Source: Armatimonadota bacterium (GTDB lineage Bacteria > Sysuimicrobiota > Sysuimicrobiia > Sysuimicrobiales > Humicultoraceae). Taken from it: 26,260 nucleotides of DNA. Below, piece by piece: positions 7,649 through 19,873 of the stretch. Both the position numbers and the translations under genes were made by a program. Every line of letters starts with the position of its first letter. Within the stretch, counting starts at the first letter, position 1. The stretch spans positions 1 to 26,260 of the forward strand of contig JBBIOM010000028.1 in the NCBI GenBank assembly GCA_037443365.1, read 5' to 3'. The notes under the pieces are model-generated. The model saw only the letters and a list, made by a program, of their open reading frames with translations, made no database searches and was not told where the DNA came from.

Positions 7649-9347
7649 GCCCCCGGGGAGGTGGGTCCAGCCCGGCGAGGGCTTCCTCGACGAGCACCCG
7701 GCGCAGCACCTTGCCGATCAGGGACTTGGGCAGGCTCTCCCGGAACTCTATCCCCTTTGGGATCTTGTACGGTGCCAGGTGCGCCCGGCAATGCGCCAGG
7801 ATCTCCTCGGGCGTGGCCTGGGCCCCGGGGCGCAGGACCACGAAGGCCCTCCCCACCTCGCCCTTGTGGGCGTCCGGTACGCCTACCAGCGCCGCCTCGA
7901 GCACCGCGGAATGCGCGAAGAGCACCTCCTCGACCTCGCGCGGGTAGACGTTGAGGCCGCCGGTTATCAGCATCTCCTTCTTGCGGTCCACGATGCAGAA
8001 GAACCCGTCCTCGTCCGTCCTGGCGACGTCGCCGGTGTAGAGCCAGCCATCGCGCAGCGCCGATGCCGTCTCGGCCGGACGGTTCCAGTAGCCGCGCATG
8101 ACCTGCGGACCCCGGATCACCAGCTCACCTGTCTCCCCGACCGGCAGCGTGCGCTCGCCCCGCTCGAGGTCCACGATGCGCGCGTCGGTGTCCGGCACCG
8201 GAACGCCTATGCTGCCGCTCTTGCGCAGCCCGGCCAGCGGGTTGACGTGCGTCACCGGCGAGGCCTCGGTCAGGCCGTATCCCTCGACCAGGCTGCCCCC
8301 GGTCATGCGCTCGAAGCGCGACTGCACCTCGGCGGGCAGCGCGGCGGCGCCGCTGATGCATGCCCGAATCGAGCGGAGATCGTATCTGCCGGTGGCGGGG
8401 TGGTTGACCAGCGCATTGTATAGCGTCGGAACCCCGGGGAGCTGGTCGGGCCGGTAGCGGGCAATGGCCCGCAGCACGGCCTTCATCTCGAAGCGCGGCA
8501 GGAGCACCATGCGCCCGCCCCGCAGAAGGGTGCCGTTCATCACGACCGTCATCGCGTAGGAGTGAAAGAGCGGCAGCACGCCCAGGGTGGTGCCCGTGGC
8601 GTCCGGCGGCGCTACGTACCACGAGGCGCTCTGGCTCGCGTTGGCCACCAGGTTGCCGTGCGTGAGCATCGCGGCCTTGGGTGTGCCGGTCGTGCCGCCC
8701 GTGTAGAGCAACACGGCCACCTCTTCGCTGCCCTGCGCGGCCTGCTCGGCCAGGGCGGCGGCGCGCGCGATGTCGCGGTAGCGGTGCGTTCTCGCGTCCG
8801 GGGCGACCGGCGGCCACTCCCTGCGCAGGCGCGCGCGCAGGGGATACAGCAGGCGCAGCGGCGCCGGGAAGAACTCGTTGATGCGCGTCACGATGACGTG
8901 CGCGAGGCAGCCGGCACCCGCGGCCCGGACGCGCTCCGCGAAGAGGTCCAGTGTCACCGCGACCCTTGCCCCGCAGTCGGCCAGCTGTCCGGCTACCTCG
9001 CGCTCCACGTAGAGGGGGTTGAACGGCACCACCACGCCCCCGGCCTTCAGCGTCCCGTAGTAGGCGATCACGAACTGGGGGCAGTTGGGCAGGTGGAGCG
9101 ACACCCGGTCCCCGGGCCGCACGCCCAGCGCCCGCAGGCCTCCGGCGAAGCGGTCGGCCAGGTCGCGCAGGGCTATGTAGGCGAGATCGCGTCCGAAGAA
9201 CGTGACCGCCGGGCGGCGAGGATACCGCCCGGCGGCGTCGTCCAGCAGGTGCTGCAGCGGCCGGTCAGGGTAGGCGATCGTCGCGGGCACTCCGGGCTCG
9301 TAGTGCCGCAGCCACGGCCGTGACTCGATCGGCGCCTGGCTGTTCAT
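7632..9347 (-). CDS. fadD: Long-chain-fatty-acid--CoA ligase (AMP-forming)
   Basis: YTGGTTGTPK, EGYGLTEASP, GWLYTGD, DRKKEMLITGG.NVYPREVE and PKSLIGKVLR. Confidence 0.92.
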   Translation of the reverse strand: MNSQAPIESRPWLRHYEPGVPATIAYPDRPLQHLLDDAAGRYPRRPAVTFFGRDLAYIALRDLADRFAGGLRALGVRPGDRVSLHLPNCPQFVIAYYGTLKAGGVVVPFNPLYVEREVAGQLADCGARVAVTLDLFAERVRAAGAGCLAHVIVTRINEFFPAPLRLLYPLRARLRREWPPVAPDARTHRYRDIARAAALAEQAAQGSEEVAVLLYTGGTTGTPKAAMLTHGNLVANASQSASWYVAPPDATGTTLGVLPLFHSYAMTVVMNGTLLRGGRMVLLPRFEMKAVLRAIARYRPDQLPGVPTLYNALVNHPATGRYDLRSIRACISGAAALPAEVQSRFERMTGGSLVEGYGLTEASPVTHVNPLAGLRKSGSIGVPVPDTDARIVDLERGERTLPVGETGELVIRGPQVMRGYWNRPAETASALRDGWLYTGDVARTDEDGFFCIVDRKKEMLITGGLNVYPREVEEVLFAHSAVLEAALVGVPDAHKGEVGRAFVVLRPGAQATPEEILAHCRAHLAPYKIPKGIEFRESLPKSLIGKVLRRVLVEEALAGLDPPPRGPSGTR

Positions 9348-9375
9348 GCTCCGCCCGCTCCCGCTCCCCGCGCTG

Positions 9376-11154
9376 CTAGCAGGTGTACCTGCCCGCCTTG
9401 ATCACCGCCGCGGCGATCTGGCGTCCGAGGCCAACCGTGTTCACCGCGGGGATCTTCAGGAACCGCCGCAGGCCGGAGAGCATCGTGCGCAGCGTGTCGC
9501 CATCCTCTGTTGCGGCCAGCACCCTTCGCGCGTTGGTCTCGATGCGCGGCAGTGCCTCATCGAGGAAGTACCGCGCCATCGCCGCCTGCAGCCCCGCGGA
9601 CTGCCCACCGCGCGCCGCGGTCTTGGCCGCGCGCAGCACCGCGCTCTCGCAGGCGAACAGGTCGATCGCCATGTCGGCTATGCCGCCGAGGATCTCCTGC
9701 TGGTTCTCCAGCTCGGTCAGGTACTTCTGGGTGGCGGCGCCGGCCGCGAACAGGGTCGCGCGGCGCGCCGCGTCCAGGAGCCGGCGCTCCTCGGCCAGCG
9801 GTCCGGAGACCGCGGCATCCCCGCCGACGGTCGCGGAAAGCATCTCGCCCGCCACCTTCTGCGCGGCCGCGAACAGCCCCAGCCGGCCCTTCTGCGCCCG
9901 GCGCAGCAGCATCGCGGGGATGAGCAGGCGGTTGATCTCGTTCGTGCCCTCGAAGATCCTGTTGATGCGGGCGTCCCGGTAGGCCCTCGCCACGGCGTAC
10001 TCCTCGACGAAGCCGTAGCCCCCGTGGATCTGCAGCGCCTCGTCCACGACAAGGTCGAGTACCTCGGAGGCCAACACCTTGTTGAGCGAGCACTCGACGG
10101 CGTACTCCTCCAGCGCCGCCACCACCTGGCTGCTGTCGTAGGCATCGCCGCCCAGCGCCTCGCTGATGAGGCCGCCGGTGCGGTAGAGCGTGCTTTCGGC
10201 GGCGAAGGTCGCCGAGGCCATCCGCGCCAGCTTCTGCTGAATCAGGCCGAACTCGCTGATGGCCTTGCCGAACTGCTTGCGCTCGTTCGCGTAGGGCACG
10301 GCCTCGCGCATCGCGAAGCGCGAGCCGCCCACGCACCCGGCCGCCAGGTAGAAGCGGCCGACGTTGAGGATGTTGAAGGCGATCTTGTGCCCCTGGCCTA
10401 CCTCGCCCAGCAGGTTCTCGGCCGGCACGCGCGCGCCCTCGAGGAAGATCGTGGCGGTCGAGCAGCCCTTGATGCCGAGCTTGTGCTCTTCCTCGCCTAT
10501 GGTCACGCCCTCGGTGCCGCGCTCGACGATGAAGCACGAGTGGTGCTCGCCGTCCACCTTGGCGTAGACGAGATAGATGTCCGCCATCCGCGCGTTGGTG
10601 ATGAACTGCTTGACCCCGGTGATCACGTAGTGCGAGCCGTCCGGGCTGCGCGTCGCGCGCGCCCGTATGGCCATCGCGTCGCTCCCTGCGGTGGGCTCGG
10701 TCAGGGCATAGCTGCTCACCCACTCGCCCGACGCCAGGAGGGGGAGGTACTTCTTCTTCTGCTCCTCGGTGCCGAAGAACACGATGGGCAGCGTACCGAT
10801 GCCGGTGTGCGCGCTCACCATGGTTGCGAAGGCAGCCGCCGAGCTCATCGAGTCCTTGATGACCAGCGCCGAGATCTTGTCCAGGCCGCCGCCCCCGTAG
10901 GCCTCGGGCACGTCGGCTCCCAGGAAGCCCAGCTCCCCGAACCCGCGGAACAGCTTGACCATCAGGTCCCAGTCGTGCGCCTCGGTCTCCTTGATGCGGG
11001 GGTGGACCTCCTGCTCCAGGTACTGCTCCACCGTGCGCTGAACCAGACGGTGGTCGTCGGTTAGGTCCTCGGGCGTGAACACCGCCTCCGGGGCCGTGGG
11101 TCCGACGACGAATCCGCCGCCGGGGATCGTAACCTGCGCCGTCTTGGGGTCCAT
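9376..11154 (-). CDS. fadE: Acyl-CoA dehydrogenase, Bacillus FadE(YusJ)-type with C-terminal extension, 592 aa
   Basis: GGGF...FTPED N-terminus, YALTEPTAGSDA, KQFITN, ERKQFG, QIHGGYGF and RIFEGTNEINR. RBS AGGAGG precedes ATG 11154. Confidence 0.9.
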   Translation of the reverse strand: MDPKTAQVTIPGGGFVVGPTAPEAVFTPEDLTDDHRLVQRTVEQYLEQEVHPRIKETEAHDWDLMVKLFRGFGELGFLGADVPEAYGGGGLDKISALVIKDSMSSAAAFATMVSAHTGIGTLPIVFFGTEEQKKKYLPLLASGEWVSSYALTEPTAGSDAMAIRARATRSPDGSHYVITGVKQFITNARMADIYLVYAKVDGEHHSCFIVERGTEGVTIGEEEHKLGIKGCSTATIFLEGARVPAENLLGEVGQGHKIAFNILNVGRFYLAAGCVGGSRFAMREAVPYANERKQFGKAISEFGLIQQKLARMASATFAAESTLYRTGGLISEALGGDAYDSSQVVAALEEYAVECSLNKVLASEVLDLVVDEALQIHGGYGFVEEYAVARAYRDARINRIFEGTNEINRLLIPAMLLRRAQKGRLGLFAAAQKVAGEMLSATVGGDAAVSGPLAEERRLLDAARRATLFAAGAATQKYLTELENQQEILGGIADMAIDLFACESAVLRAAKTAARGGQSAGLQAAMARYFLDEALPRIETNARRVLAATEDGDTLRTMLSGLRRFLKIPAVNTVGLGRQIAAAVIKAGRYTC

Positions 11155-11167
11155 GCGTCCACTCCTC

Positions 11168-12343
11168 CTATGCCGCTTCAAAGATGCCGGCGGCGCCCAT
11201 TCCGCCGCCGATGCACATCGTCACCATTCCGTAGCGCGCCCCCCGCCGGCGCATCTCGTACAGCAGGCTCGCCGTCAGCTTCGCGCCGGTGCAGCCCAGC
11301 GGGTGGCCCAGGGCGATGGCGCCGCCGTTGACGTTGACGCGATCCGGGTCTAGCCCCGCCTCCCGGACCACCGCAACCGCCTGCGCCGCGAAGGCCTCGT
11401 TCAACTCGATCACGCCGACGTCGTCCAGTTGCAGGCCTGCCAGGGCCAGGGCCTTGGGGATGGCCCGAACCGGGCCTACGCCCATCTCCTCCGGGGCCAC
11501 CCCGGCCACGGCGAACGCCCGGAAGATGCCCAGCGGCTTCACCTTGAGCCGCCGCGCACGCCGGGCGGACATGACCACCGCCGCGGCCGCGCCGTCGCTG
11601 GTCTGCGAGGAGTTGCCCGCGGTGATCGTGCCCTTGGCTGAGAAGGCCGGCCGCAGCTTCGCCAGGGCCTCCAGGGAGGTGTCGGCGCGGACCCCCTCGT
11701 CCGCGGTCAGGTTGATCTCCTCCCGGCGCGGCCGCCCGCCGTCCGCGGTCCAGCGCGCGGCGGCGACCGGCACGATCTCCTCGACGAACCTGCCCGCCTG
11801 CTGGGCCGCGGCCGCGTTCATGTGGCTGCGCAGGGCGAACCGGTCCTGATCCTCGCGGGAGACGCCGTAGCGCTCGGCCACGACCTCCGCGGTCAGGCCC
11901 ATGGACAGGTAGACCTCGGGCCAGTGCTCCGTGAAGTGCGGATTCGGCGCGTACTTGTTCCCCGTCATCGGCACCATGCTCATGCTCTCGGTGCCACCGG
12001 CCACCACGACCTCGTTCTGCCCGGTCATCACCTGGTGGGCCGCCATGGCGATCGCCTGGAGCCCAGAGGAGCAGTACCGGTTGACCGTCATCGCCGAGGT
12101 GGTGATGGGCAGGCCGGCGCGCAGCGCCACCACCCTGGCCACGTTCATCCCCTGCTCGGCTTCGGGGAAGGCGCAGCCCAGGATGCAGTCCTCGACCTCC
12201 TCGGGGGCGAGCCCCTCCACGCGCCGCACCGCCTCGCGCACGGCGATGGCGGCAAGCTCGTCGGGCCGCGTGTCCTTCAACGCCCCGCGCGGCGCCTTGC
12301 CCACCGGGGTGCGTACGCATGACACAACGACTGCTTCTCGCAT
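11168..12343 (-). CDS. fadA: Acetyl-CoA C-acyltransferase (3-ketoacyl-CoA thiolase)
   Basis: NRYCSSG (catalytic Cys), [16 protein letters not shown] and CIGGGMG. Confidence 0.95.
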   Translation of the reverse strand: MREAVVVSCVRTPVGKAPRGALKDTRPDELAAIAVREAVRRVEGLAPEEVEDCILGCAFPEAEQGMNVARVVALRAGLPITTSAMTVNRYCSSGLQAIAMAAHQVMTGQNEVVVAGGTESMSMVPMTGNKYAPNPHFTEHWPEVYLSMGLTAEVVAERYGVSREDQDRFALRSHMNAAAAQQAGRFVEEIVPVAAARWTADGGRPRREEINLTADEGVRADTSLEALAKLRPAFSAKGTITAGNSSQTSDGAAAAVVMSARRARRLKVKPLGIFRAFAVAGVAPEEMGVGPVRAIPKALALAGLQLDDVGVIELNEAFAAQAVAVVREAGLDPDRVNVNGGAIALGHPLGCTGAKLTASLLYEMRRRGARYGMVTMCIGGGMGAAGIFEAA

Positions 12344-12362
12344 CGCACGACTCCCTTCATAG

Positions 12363-12383
12363 GCCGGCGCCTGTGGCGCCGGC
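12363..12383. other. Intergenic hairpin between fadN and fadA
   Basis: GCCGGCGCC-TGT-GGCGCCGGC, a perfect 9-bp stem just upstream of the fadA RBS. Confidence 0.5.
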
Positions 12384-12395
12384 AGATCGTTACCG

Positions 12396-14819
<2,424 letters not shown>

Positions 14820-14931
14820 CGAGAGGGTCACCATCCTGCTCTCAGGTGGCTTACATTGTGGGCTTCGTCGAGCAACGCGCATCCTCCTTGCAGGGATGCG
14901 AATCCCTCTGGGATCTCTGGGCTACCTCAGA

Positions 14932-17235
14932 CTACTGCGGCGCTAGCACCAGCCTTCCGGCAGCGGCCTCCTCGATCTTCTGCCGCGAGAACAGCAGCGG
15001 CACGTACTCGCCCCGGGCCCAGCGGCCCGCGTAGTCGCGGTAGTGCCGGTGGAAGGGTAGCCCGCTCTGCCCTGTGGTGTGGATCACAAGCGACCGGTCC
15101 CAGTCCGCCGGGTCGAGGATCTGCCGGTACGAGGCCACGATCACCTGGCGGAACGGCTCCTCGGGGTTGAAGGCGCTGTTGTTGACGGTGAAGGCGTCGC
15201 CGCCTACCTCAGGCGGCGTCGTGTTGAAGATCCAGCCGAGCGCCTTGATGCGCCCGATCGGATGCACGAATGTCGGCTGGTGCAGGCGTCCCCATCGCCA
15301 CCTGTCGCGGTTGGATCCGAGCCGGCCTTCCAGCGTGCGTACCGCGTCGCGCAGGGCGGCTTCCACGAGCCGGTCGCGGCTGCCCCGCCACCAGCCGGAG
15401 GACGGGTCGCGCAGGAGCGCGAGCAGCGTCTGCACCGCTCCCTCGAACTCCCGCTGGTAGCGCGCGAAGGTCGCGTCATCAAGCGGCGTGCGGAACACCT
15501 CCCGGATGAGGGCTTCCAGGAGCGCCTGGTAGACGGCCGCGGGCCGGCTGGAGGGAGCGAGCACGCCATCCCACGCGAGCAGCTCGGCGAAGAGCGGCTG
15601 CAAGGCGGGGTCGAGGATTCGCACCGAGCGCAGCGCCTCTACCAGCGCCTGCCCGGGCAGCGAGGTCACGTCCATGTGGATGCGCCCGAAGGTCTGGGCC
15701 GAGTGGGTGCCTTCGGAGAGAAGCGCCGTGATGCGGCGCGCGCGGTAGCCCACGTCCCAGTCGCGGCCCAGGAAGTGCGGGTAACCCGGCGGCGCGATGC
15801 GGTTGTTGGCGGTGACTATGAATCCGGCGCGACGGTGGACGCTGGGGAGCGCCTCGAACGGCAGCCATCCTGTCCACTCATACTCGCCGGTCCACCCGGG
15901 GGCAGGCATCGCGCCCGTGCCCTTTGCCCGCACCGGGACGAGCCCGGGCATCTGGTAGCCGATCTCGCCGTTCCTGTGGGCGAACACGAAGTTCTGTGAC
16001 GGCGCGTCCCACGCGCGCAGCGCCTGCCGGAACTCTTCCCAGGTGGTCGCGCGGTTGATCCCGTCCACCGCCTCGATTATGTTGCTGGATTCCAGCGCGG
16101 TCCAGCGCAGCGCCAGCGTGGCGTGCAGCCCGCGCACGACGTTGTTGAGGATCGGGCCGTGGCGTGTGATGCGCACGATCTCGACCACCGGCTCGCTTCG
16201 GCCCTTGACCTTGATCGTCTCACGGACAACGGTCGCCGGGATCCACTGCCCCTTGTGCAGGTAACGTGTGGGATCCTCGGGATGAAACCGCTCAATGTAT
16301 AGGTCCTGCACGTCGGGGTTGGCGTTGGTCACGCCCCAGGCGATGTCGCGGTTGTGCCCGACGATGACGCCGGGCGTGCCCGGGAACGTGGCCCCGGCCA
16401 CATCGTAGGGCCCGCCGCTCAGGTGCATCAGGTACCAGATAGAGGGCATCTGGGCTTCCAGGTGCGGGTCGTTGGCCAGCAGCGGGGTCTTGGTCTCGGT
16501 GCGATCCCCGGCGACCACCCAGTTGTTGCTGCCGATCCCGGGGAGACTCTGCAGGCCCGTCCCGGGCAGGCGCCACCCGCCCGTGATACTGGGCGCGTCG
16601 GGCGGGTAGTCGGGCAGGAGCCGCTCCAGCGCGCCTTCGCCGAACCGCTCGACGAGCTGCTGGCGCAGTATCTCCATCCGCCAGTCGCCGCCCAGCACCC
16701 ATGCCATCAACTTGCCGTAGGACAGGCTGTCGGCCGGGGTCCAGGGCTCCGGGGCGAAGCGCAGCAGCACGAACTCTATCGGGAGCCGGCCGCGCGCCTG
16801 CGCGATGAAGGCGTTCACCCCGGCGGCGTAGGCCTCCAGGTTCTGCTTCGTCTGCGGGCTGACCGCGCCCAGGTGCGCCTCGGCCACGCGCCGCAGGCCG
16901 AGCGTGCGCAGGAACCGGTCGGTCGGCAGCGCCGCCTCGCCGAAGATCTCGGATAGCCGGCCAGCGGCGGTGCGGCGGTTGAGTTCCATCTGCCACAGGC
17001 GGTCCTGCGCGTGCACGAAGCCCTGCGCGAAGAACACGGAGCGGGCCGAACGCGCGAAGATGTGCGGGATCCCCCAGCGGTCGCGCACCACTTCTGCGGG
17101 ATCGCCCAGGCCCTGCACGCGCACGGTCCCGGAGATCTGGGGGAATGGGCGGCGCGCCAGGTAGACCCCGGCACCCCCCGCGGCGACGGACGCGGCCAGG
17201 ACGAGCACGAGCAGGCCGAGCAGCACTCGACGCAT
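14932..17235 (-). CDS. Penicillin acylase family Ntn-hydrolase (peptidase S45) with N-terminal signal/anchor
   Basis: RDRWGIPHI, QGFVHAQDRLWQM, the autocleavage site G|SNNW (Ser236, codon at 16530-16528), LLANDPHL, TRHGP, TANN and GQSG. Hydrophobic N-terminus. Confidence 0.92.
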   Translation of the reverse strand: MRRVLLGLLVLVLAASVAAGGAGVYLARRPFPQISGTVRVQGLGDPAEVVRDRWGIPHIFARSARSVFFAQGFVHAQDRLWQMELNRRTAAGRLSEIFGEAALPTDRFLRTLGLRRVAEAHLGAVSPQTKQNLEAYAAGVNAFIAQARGRLPIEFVLLRFAPEPWTPADSLSYGKLMAWVLGGDWRMEILRQQLVERFGEGALERLLPDYPPDAPSITGGWRLPGTGLQSLPGIGSNNWVVAGDRTETKTPLLANDPHLEAQMPSIWYLMHLSGGPYDVAGATFPGTPGVIVGHNRDIAWGVTNANPDVQDLYIERFHPEDPTRYLHKGQWIPATVVRETIKVKGRSEPVVEIVRITRHGPILNNVVRGLHATLALRWTALESSNIIEAVDGINRATTWEEFRQALRAWDAPSQNFVFAHRNGEIGYQMPGLVPVRAKGTGAMPAPGWTGEYEWTGWLPFEALPSVHRRAGFIVTANNRIAPPGYPHFLGRDWDVGYRARRITALLSEGTHSAQTFGRIHMDVTSLPGQALVEALRSVRILDPALQPLFAELLAWDGVLAPSSRPAAVYQALLEALIREVFRTPLDDATFARYQREFEGAVQTLLALLRDPSSGWWRGSRDRLVEAALRDAVRTLEGRLGSNRDRWRWGRLHQPTFVHPIGRIKALGWIFNTTPPEVGGDAFTVNNSAFNPEEPFRQVIVASYRQILDPADWDRSLVIHTTGQSGLPFHRHYRDYAGRWARGEYVPLLFSRQKIEEAAAGRLVLAPQ

Positions 17236-17353
17236 GATGCACCCCGGCGGTGAAGAATGGACGCCGAGGTCTTCGCCCCTCGGCCGCGTCCTCCTCTGGC
17301 GCCGGCATGCCTATGCGGACTATGATGGAGCGGAACTTCCGTTTGGGGGACCG

Positions 17354-19873
17354 ATGCCAGCATCCGCACCATCAGCCGGGTACCACCGGCTCCGCGCCGC
17401 CGGAATCTCGCTGGCGGCCAGCGTGGCCGTTCTGGGGGTCAAGGTGGCCGCCTACCTGGTCACCGGGTCGGTGGCGCTGCTCAGTGACGCCGCGGAGTCG
17501 GTGGTCAACATCCTGGCGGCGAACATCGCGCTAGTGAGCCTGCTCGTCGCATCTCGCCCCGCCGATGAGGGGCATCAGTACGGGCACGCCAAGGCCGAGT
17601 ACGTGAGCAGCGCCACCGAGGGCGCGATGATCGCGGCGGCCGGGGGCTGGATCGTGCTGACCGCGGCCCGCCGGCTGCTCGACCCGCGGCCGCTCGCCCA
17701 CCTGCCTGCCGGCCTCCTCCTGCTCGTGGTGGGCACGGCGCTGAACCTGGGCGTCGCCCTCTACCTGCTGCGCGTGTCGCGCTCCGAGCGGTCCATAGCG
17801 CTCGAGGCATCGGCCCGGCACCTGCTCTCCGACGTCATCACCTCCGCTGGCGTCTTCGTCGGGCTGGGGCTGGTGACCGCCACGAGATGGCTGCCGCTCG
17901 ACGCGATCGCTGCCGCCCTCGTGGGCGCCAACATCGGCTGGATGGGCGCATCCCTGCTGCGGCGCTCGATCAGCGGCCTGATGGATGCGCGGTTCCCGCC
18001 GCAGGACGAGGAAAGGATCCGCGCGGTCTTCGATGCGCACCGCGGCGACGTGGTGGAGTACCACGCGATGCGCACGCGCCAGGCCGGCGCCGATCGGTTC
18101 CTCGACCTGCACCTGGTGCTGCACAGGTCGCTCTCGGTAGGCCAGGCGCACACCATCTGCGACCACCTGGAGCACCACCTGGAAGAGGCGCTGCCCGGCG
18201 TGGACGTGACGATACACGTGGAGCCCTGCAGCGCCGCCTGCCCACGGTGCTCTGCCCAAGCGCAGGACCGGCTGCGCGAATGGCAGGAGGCGGGATTCGC
18301 GCAGCGCATCTGGGCCAGAGACGCGACCCTTTGGTCGGCCGCGTGGCCGGGCGGCCCTGCCCCTGAACTGGCCGACCGTCTCGGGTGGCTTGCCCTTCCC
18401 GATACGATGCAGGGCCAGATCGCCGACCTCGAGGACTTTGCGCGCGAGATTGCCGGGGCCGGGGTGCGCCATGTCGCGCTGCTGGGAATGGGCGGGTCGA
18501 GCATGGCTCCCGAGGTGTTCGGGCGCACGTTCGGCGCGGCGCCGGGCGCTCCAGGACTGATCGTCCTCGACAGCACGCACCCCGCGGCGGTGCGGCGCGT
18601 CGAGTCGCAGATGGACCTCGGCCGCACGCTGTTCGTTGTCTCCAGCAAGTCAGGAACCACGCCCGAGACGCTGTCCTTCTTGCGGTACTTCTGGAGCCGC
18701 GTCGCCCAGAAAGATGCGCGGCCCGGGCAGCGGTTCGTGGCCATCACCGATCCAGGGACCCCGCTCGAGCGCCTGGCCCAGGAGCGCGGCTTCCGCCGCG
18801 TGTTCCTGGGACCGCCTGACGTGGGCGGGCGGTACTCGGCCCTCTCGGTCTTCGGGCTGGTGCCGGCCGCGCTGCTGGGAGTTGACCTGCGGCGCCTGCT
18901 CGCCCGGGCGCGGCGGATGGCCGCGGACTGCGGGCCTTCATCACCCGCGCCGCGCAGCCCTGGGCTGGTGCTGGGGGCCGTGCTCGGGGAGAACGCAATG
19001 GCCGGGCGCGACAAGCTGACCCTGCTGGCTTCGCGCTCGCTGGCAGGGCTGCCGGCCTGGATCGAACAGCTCGTCGCCGAGAGCACCGGCAAGGATGGGA
19101 AGGGCATCGTGCCGATCGCGGACGAGCCGCTGGCAGCGCCGCTGCGGTACGGCGCCGATCGCGTCTTCGCCTACGTGCGCCTGGCCGACGATCCCGCGGA
19201 AGACCTGCACGCCTTGGCGAGCGCGCTCGAGGCCGCCGGACATCCTGTCTTCCACCTGGGCTTGGCGGAGAAGGCCGATCTGGGCGCCGAGTTCTTCAGG
19301 TGGGAGATGGCCGTGGCAGCGGCCGGGGCCGCACTTGGCATCCACCCGTTCAATCAACCCGACGTGCAACTGGCCAAGGACATGGCGAGAGAGGCCATGG
19401 CACGGCGCGCGGCCGCGGACGGGCGTACTGCTGACCTGGATGTGCCGGACGCTGCCACAGGCGATTGGGCGACATGGCTGCGCCCTGGCGACTACCTGGG
19501 GCTGCAGGTGTACCTGGCACCTGACGAGACCACCACGGCGCTGCTTGCGGAGATACGGCGCGCCGTCGCGGACCGCTATGGCGTGGCCACGACCCTGGGC
19601 TACGGTCCGCGCTTCCTGCACTCCACCGGGCAGCTTCACAAGGGCGGGCCCCAAAGCGGGGTCTTCGTGCAGATCGTGGACGATCCCGCAGACGACCTGG
19701 AGATACCGGAGGAGGGCTACACCTTCGGCGAACTGATCAGGGCCCAGGCCATGGGCGACCTGCGCGCCCTGGCTCAGCGCGGGCGTCGCGTCGCAAGAAT
19801 GAACGTGGGCAGGGATGCCCCCGGCGCCCTGGCGCGTCTCGCTCAGCGCTTGGTCAGTGCACCGGGCCCTTGA
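17354..19873 (+). CDS. Fusion protein: CDF cation efflux transporter (about 17354-18250) plus glucose-6-phosphate isomerase of the Tal-Pgi type (about 18251-19873), 839 aa
   Basis: CDF motifs: GSVALLSDAAES, HQYGHAKAEY, HLLSD, six hydrophobic segments, and the C-terminal domain YHAMRTRQAG..FLDLHL..IHVEP. PGI motifs: GMGGS, SSKSGTT.ET, VGGRYSALS, EQLVAESTGK.GKG, PFNQPDV..AK and GPRFLHSTGQLHKGG. There is no stop between the domains. RBS GGGGGA precedes ATG 17354. Confidence 0.88.
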   Translation: MPASAPSAGYHRLRAAGISLAASVAVLGVKVAAYLVTGSVALLSDAAESVVNILAANIALVSLLVASRPADEGHQYGHAKAEYVSSATEGAMIAAAGGWIVLTAARRLLDPRPLAHLPAGLLLLVVGTALNLGVALYLLRVSRSERSIALEASARHLLSDVITSAGVFVGLGLVTATRWLPLDAIAAALVGANIGWMGASLLRRSISGLMDARFPPQDEERIRAVFDAHRGDVVEYHAMRTRQAGADRFLDLHLVLHRSLSVGQAHTICDHLEHHLEEALPGVDVTIHVEPCSAACPRCSAQAQDRLREWQEAGFAQRIWARDATLWSAAWPGGPAPELADRLGWLALPDTMQGQIADLEDFAREIAGAGVRHVALLGMGGSSMAPEVFGRTFGAAPGAPGLIVLDSTHPAAVRRVESQMDLGRTLFVVSSKSGTTPETLSFLRYFWSRVAQKDARPGQRFVAITDPGTPLERLAQERGFRRVFLGPPDVGGRYSALSVFGLVPAALLGVDLRRLLARARRMAADCGPSSPAPRSPGLVLGAVLGENAMAGRDKLTLLASRSLAGLPAWIEQLVAESTGKDGKGIVPIADEPLAAPLRYGADRVFAYVRLADDPAEDLHALASALEAAGHPVFHLGLAEKADLGAEFFRWEMAVAAAGAALGIHPFNQPDVQLAKDMAREAMARRAAADGRTADLDVPDAATGDWATWLRPGDYLGLQVYLAPDETTTALLAEIRRAVADRYGVATTLGYGPRFLHSTGQLHKGGPQSGVFVQIVDDPADDLEIPEEGYTFGELIRAQAMGDLRALAQRGRRVARMNVGRDAPGALARLAQRLVSAPGP

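Noticed and set aside
9346-11064. 572-aa plus-strand ORF, and similar long antisense or alternate-frame ORFs (5989-7947, 17761-19107, 13980-15170, 3853-5013, 23768-24907)
   Set aside because: These are shadows of well-supported genes. They are Arg/Pro/Ala/Gly-rich, lack motifs, and are expected in high-GC DNA where stops are rare.
17255-17345. Possible metal-sensing riboswitch (yybP-ykoY, NiCo or fluoride) ahead of the CDF gene
   Set aside because: Hairpins are present (GGACGCCGAGG/CCTCGGCCGCGTCC), but I could not find the consensus cores, and the main stem lies upstream of the likely -10.
17234-17353. Extra 40 N-terminal codons on the CDF-PGI ORF
   Set aside because: They overlap the divergent acylase start and span the intergenic region, which contains a TATGAT -10-like box at 17321-17326. 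ATG 17354 has an RBS.
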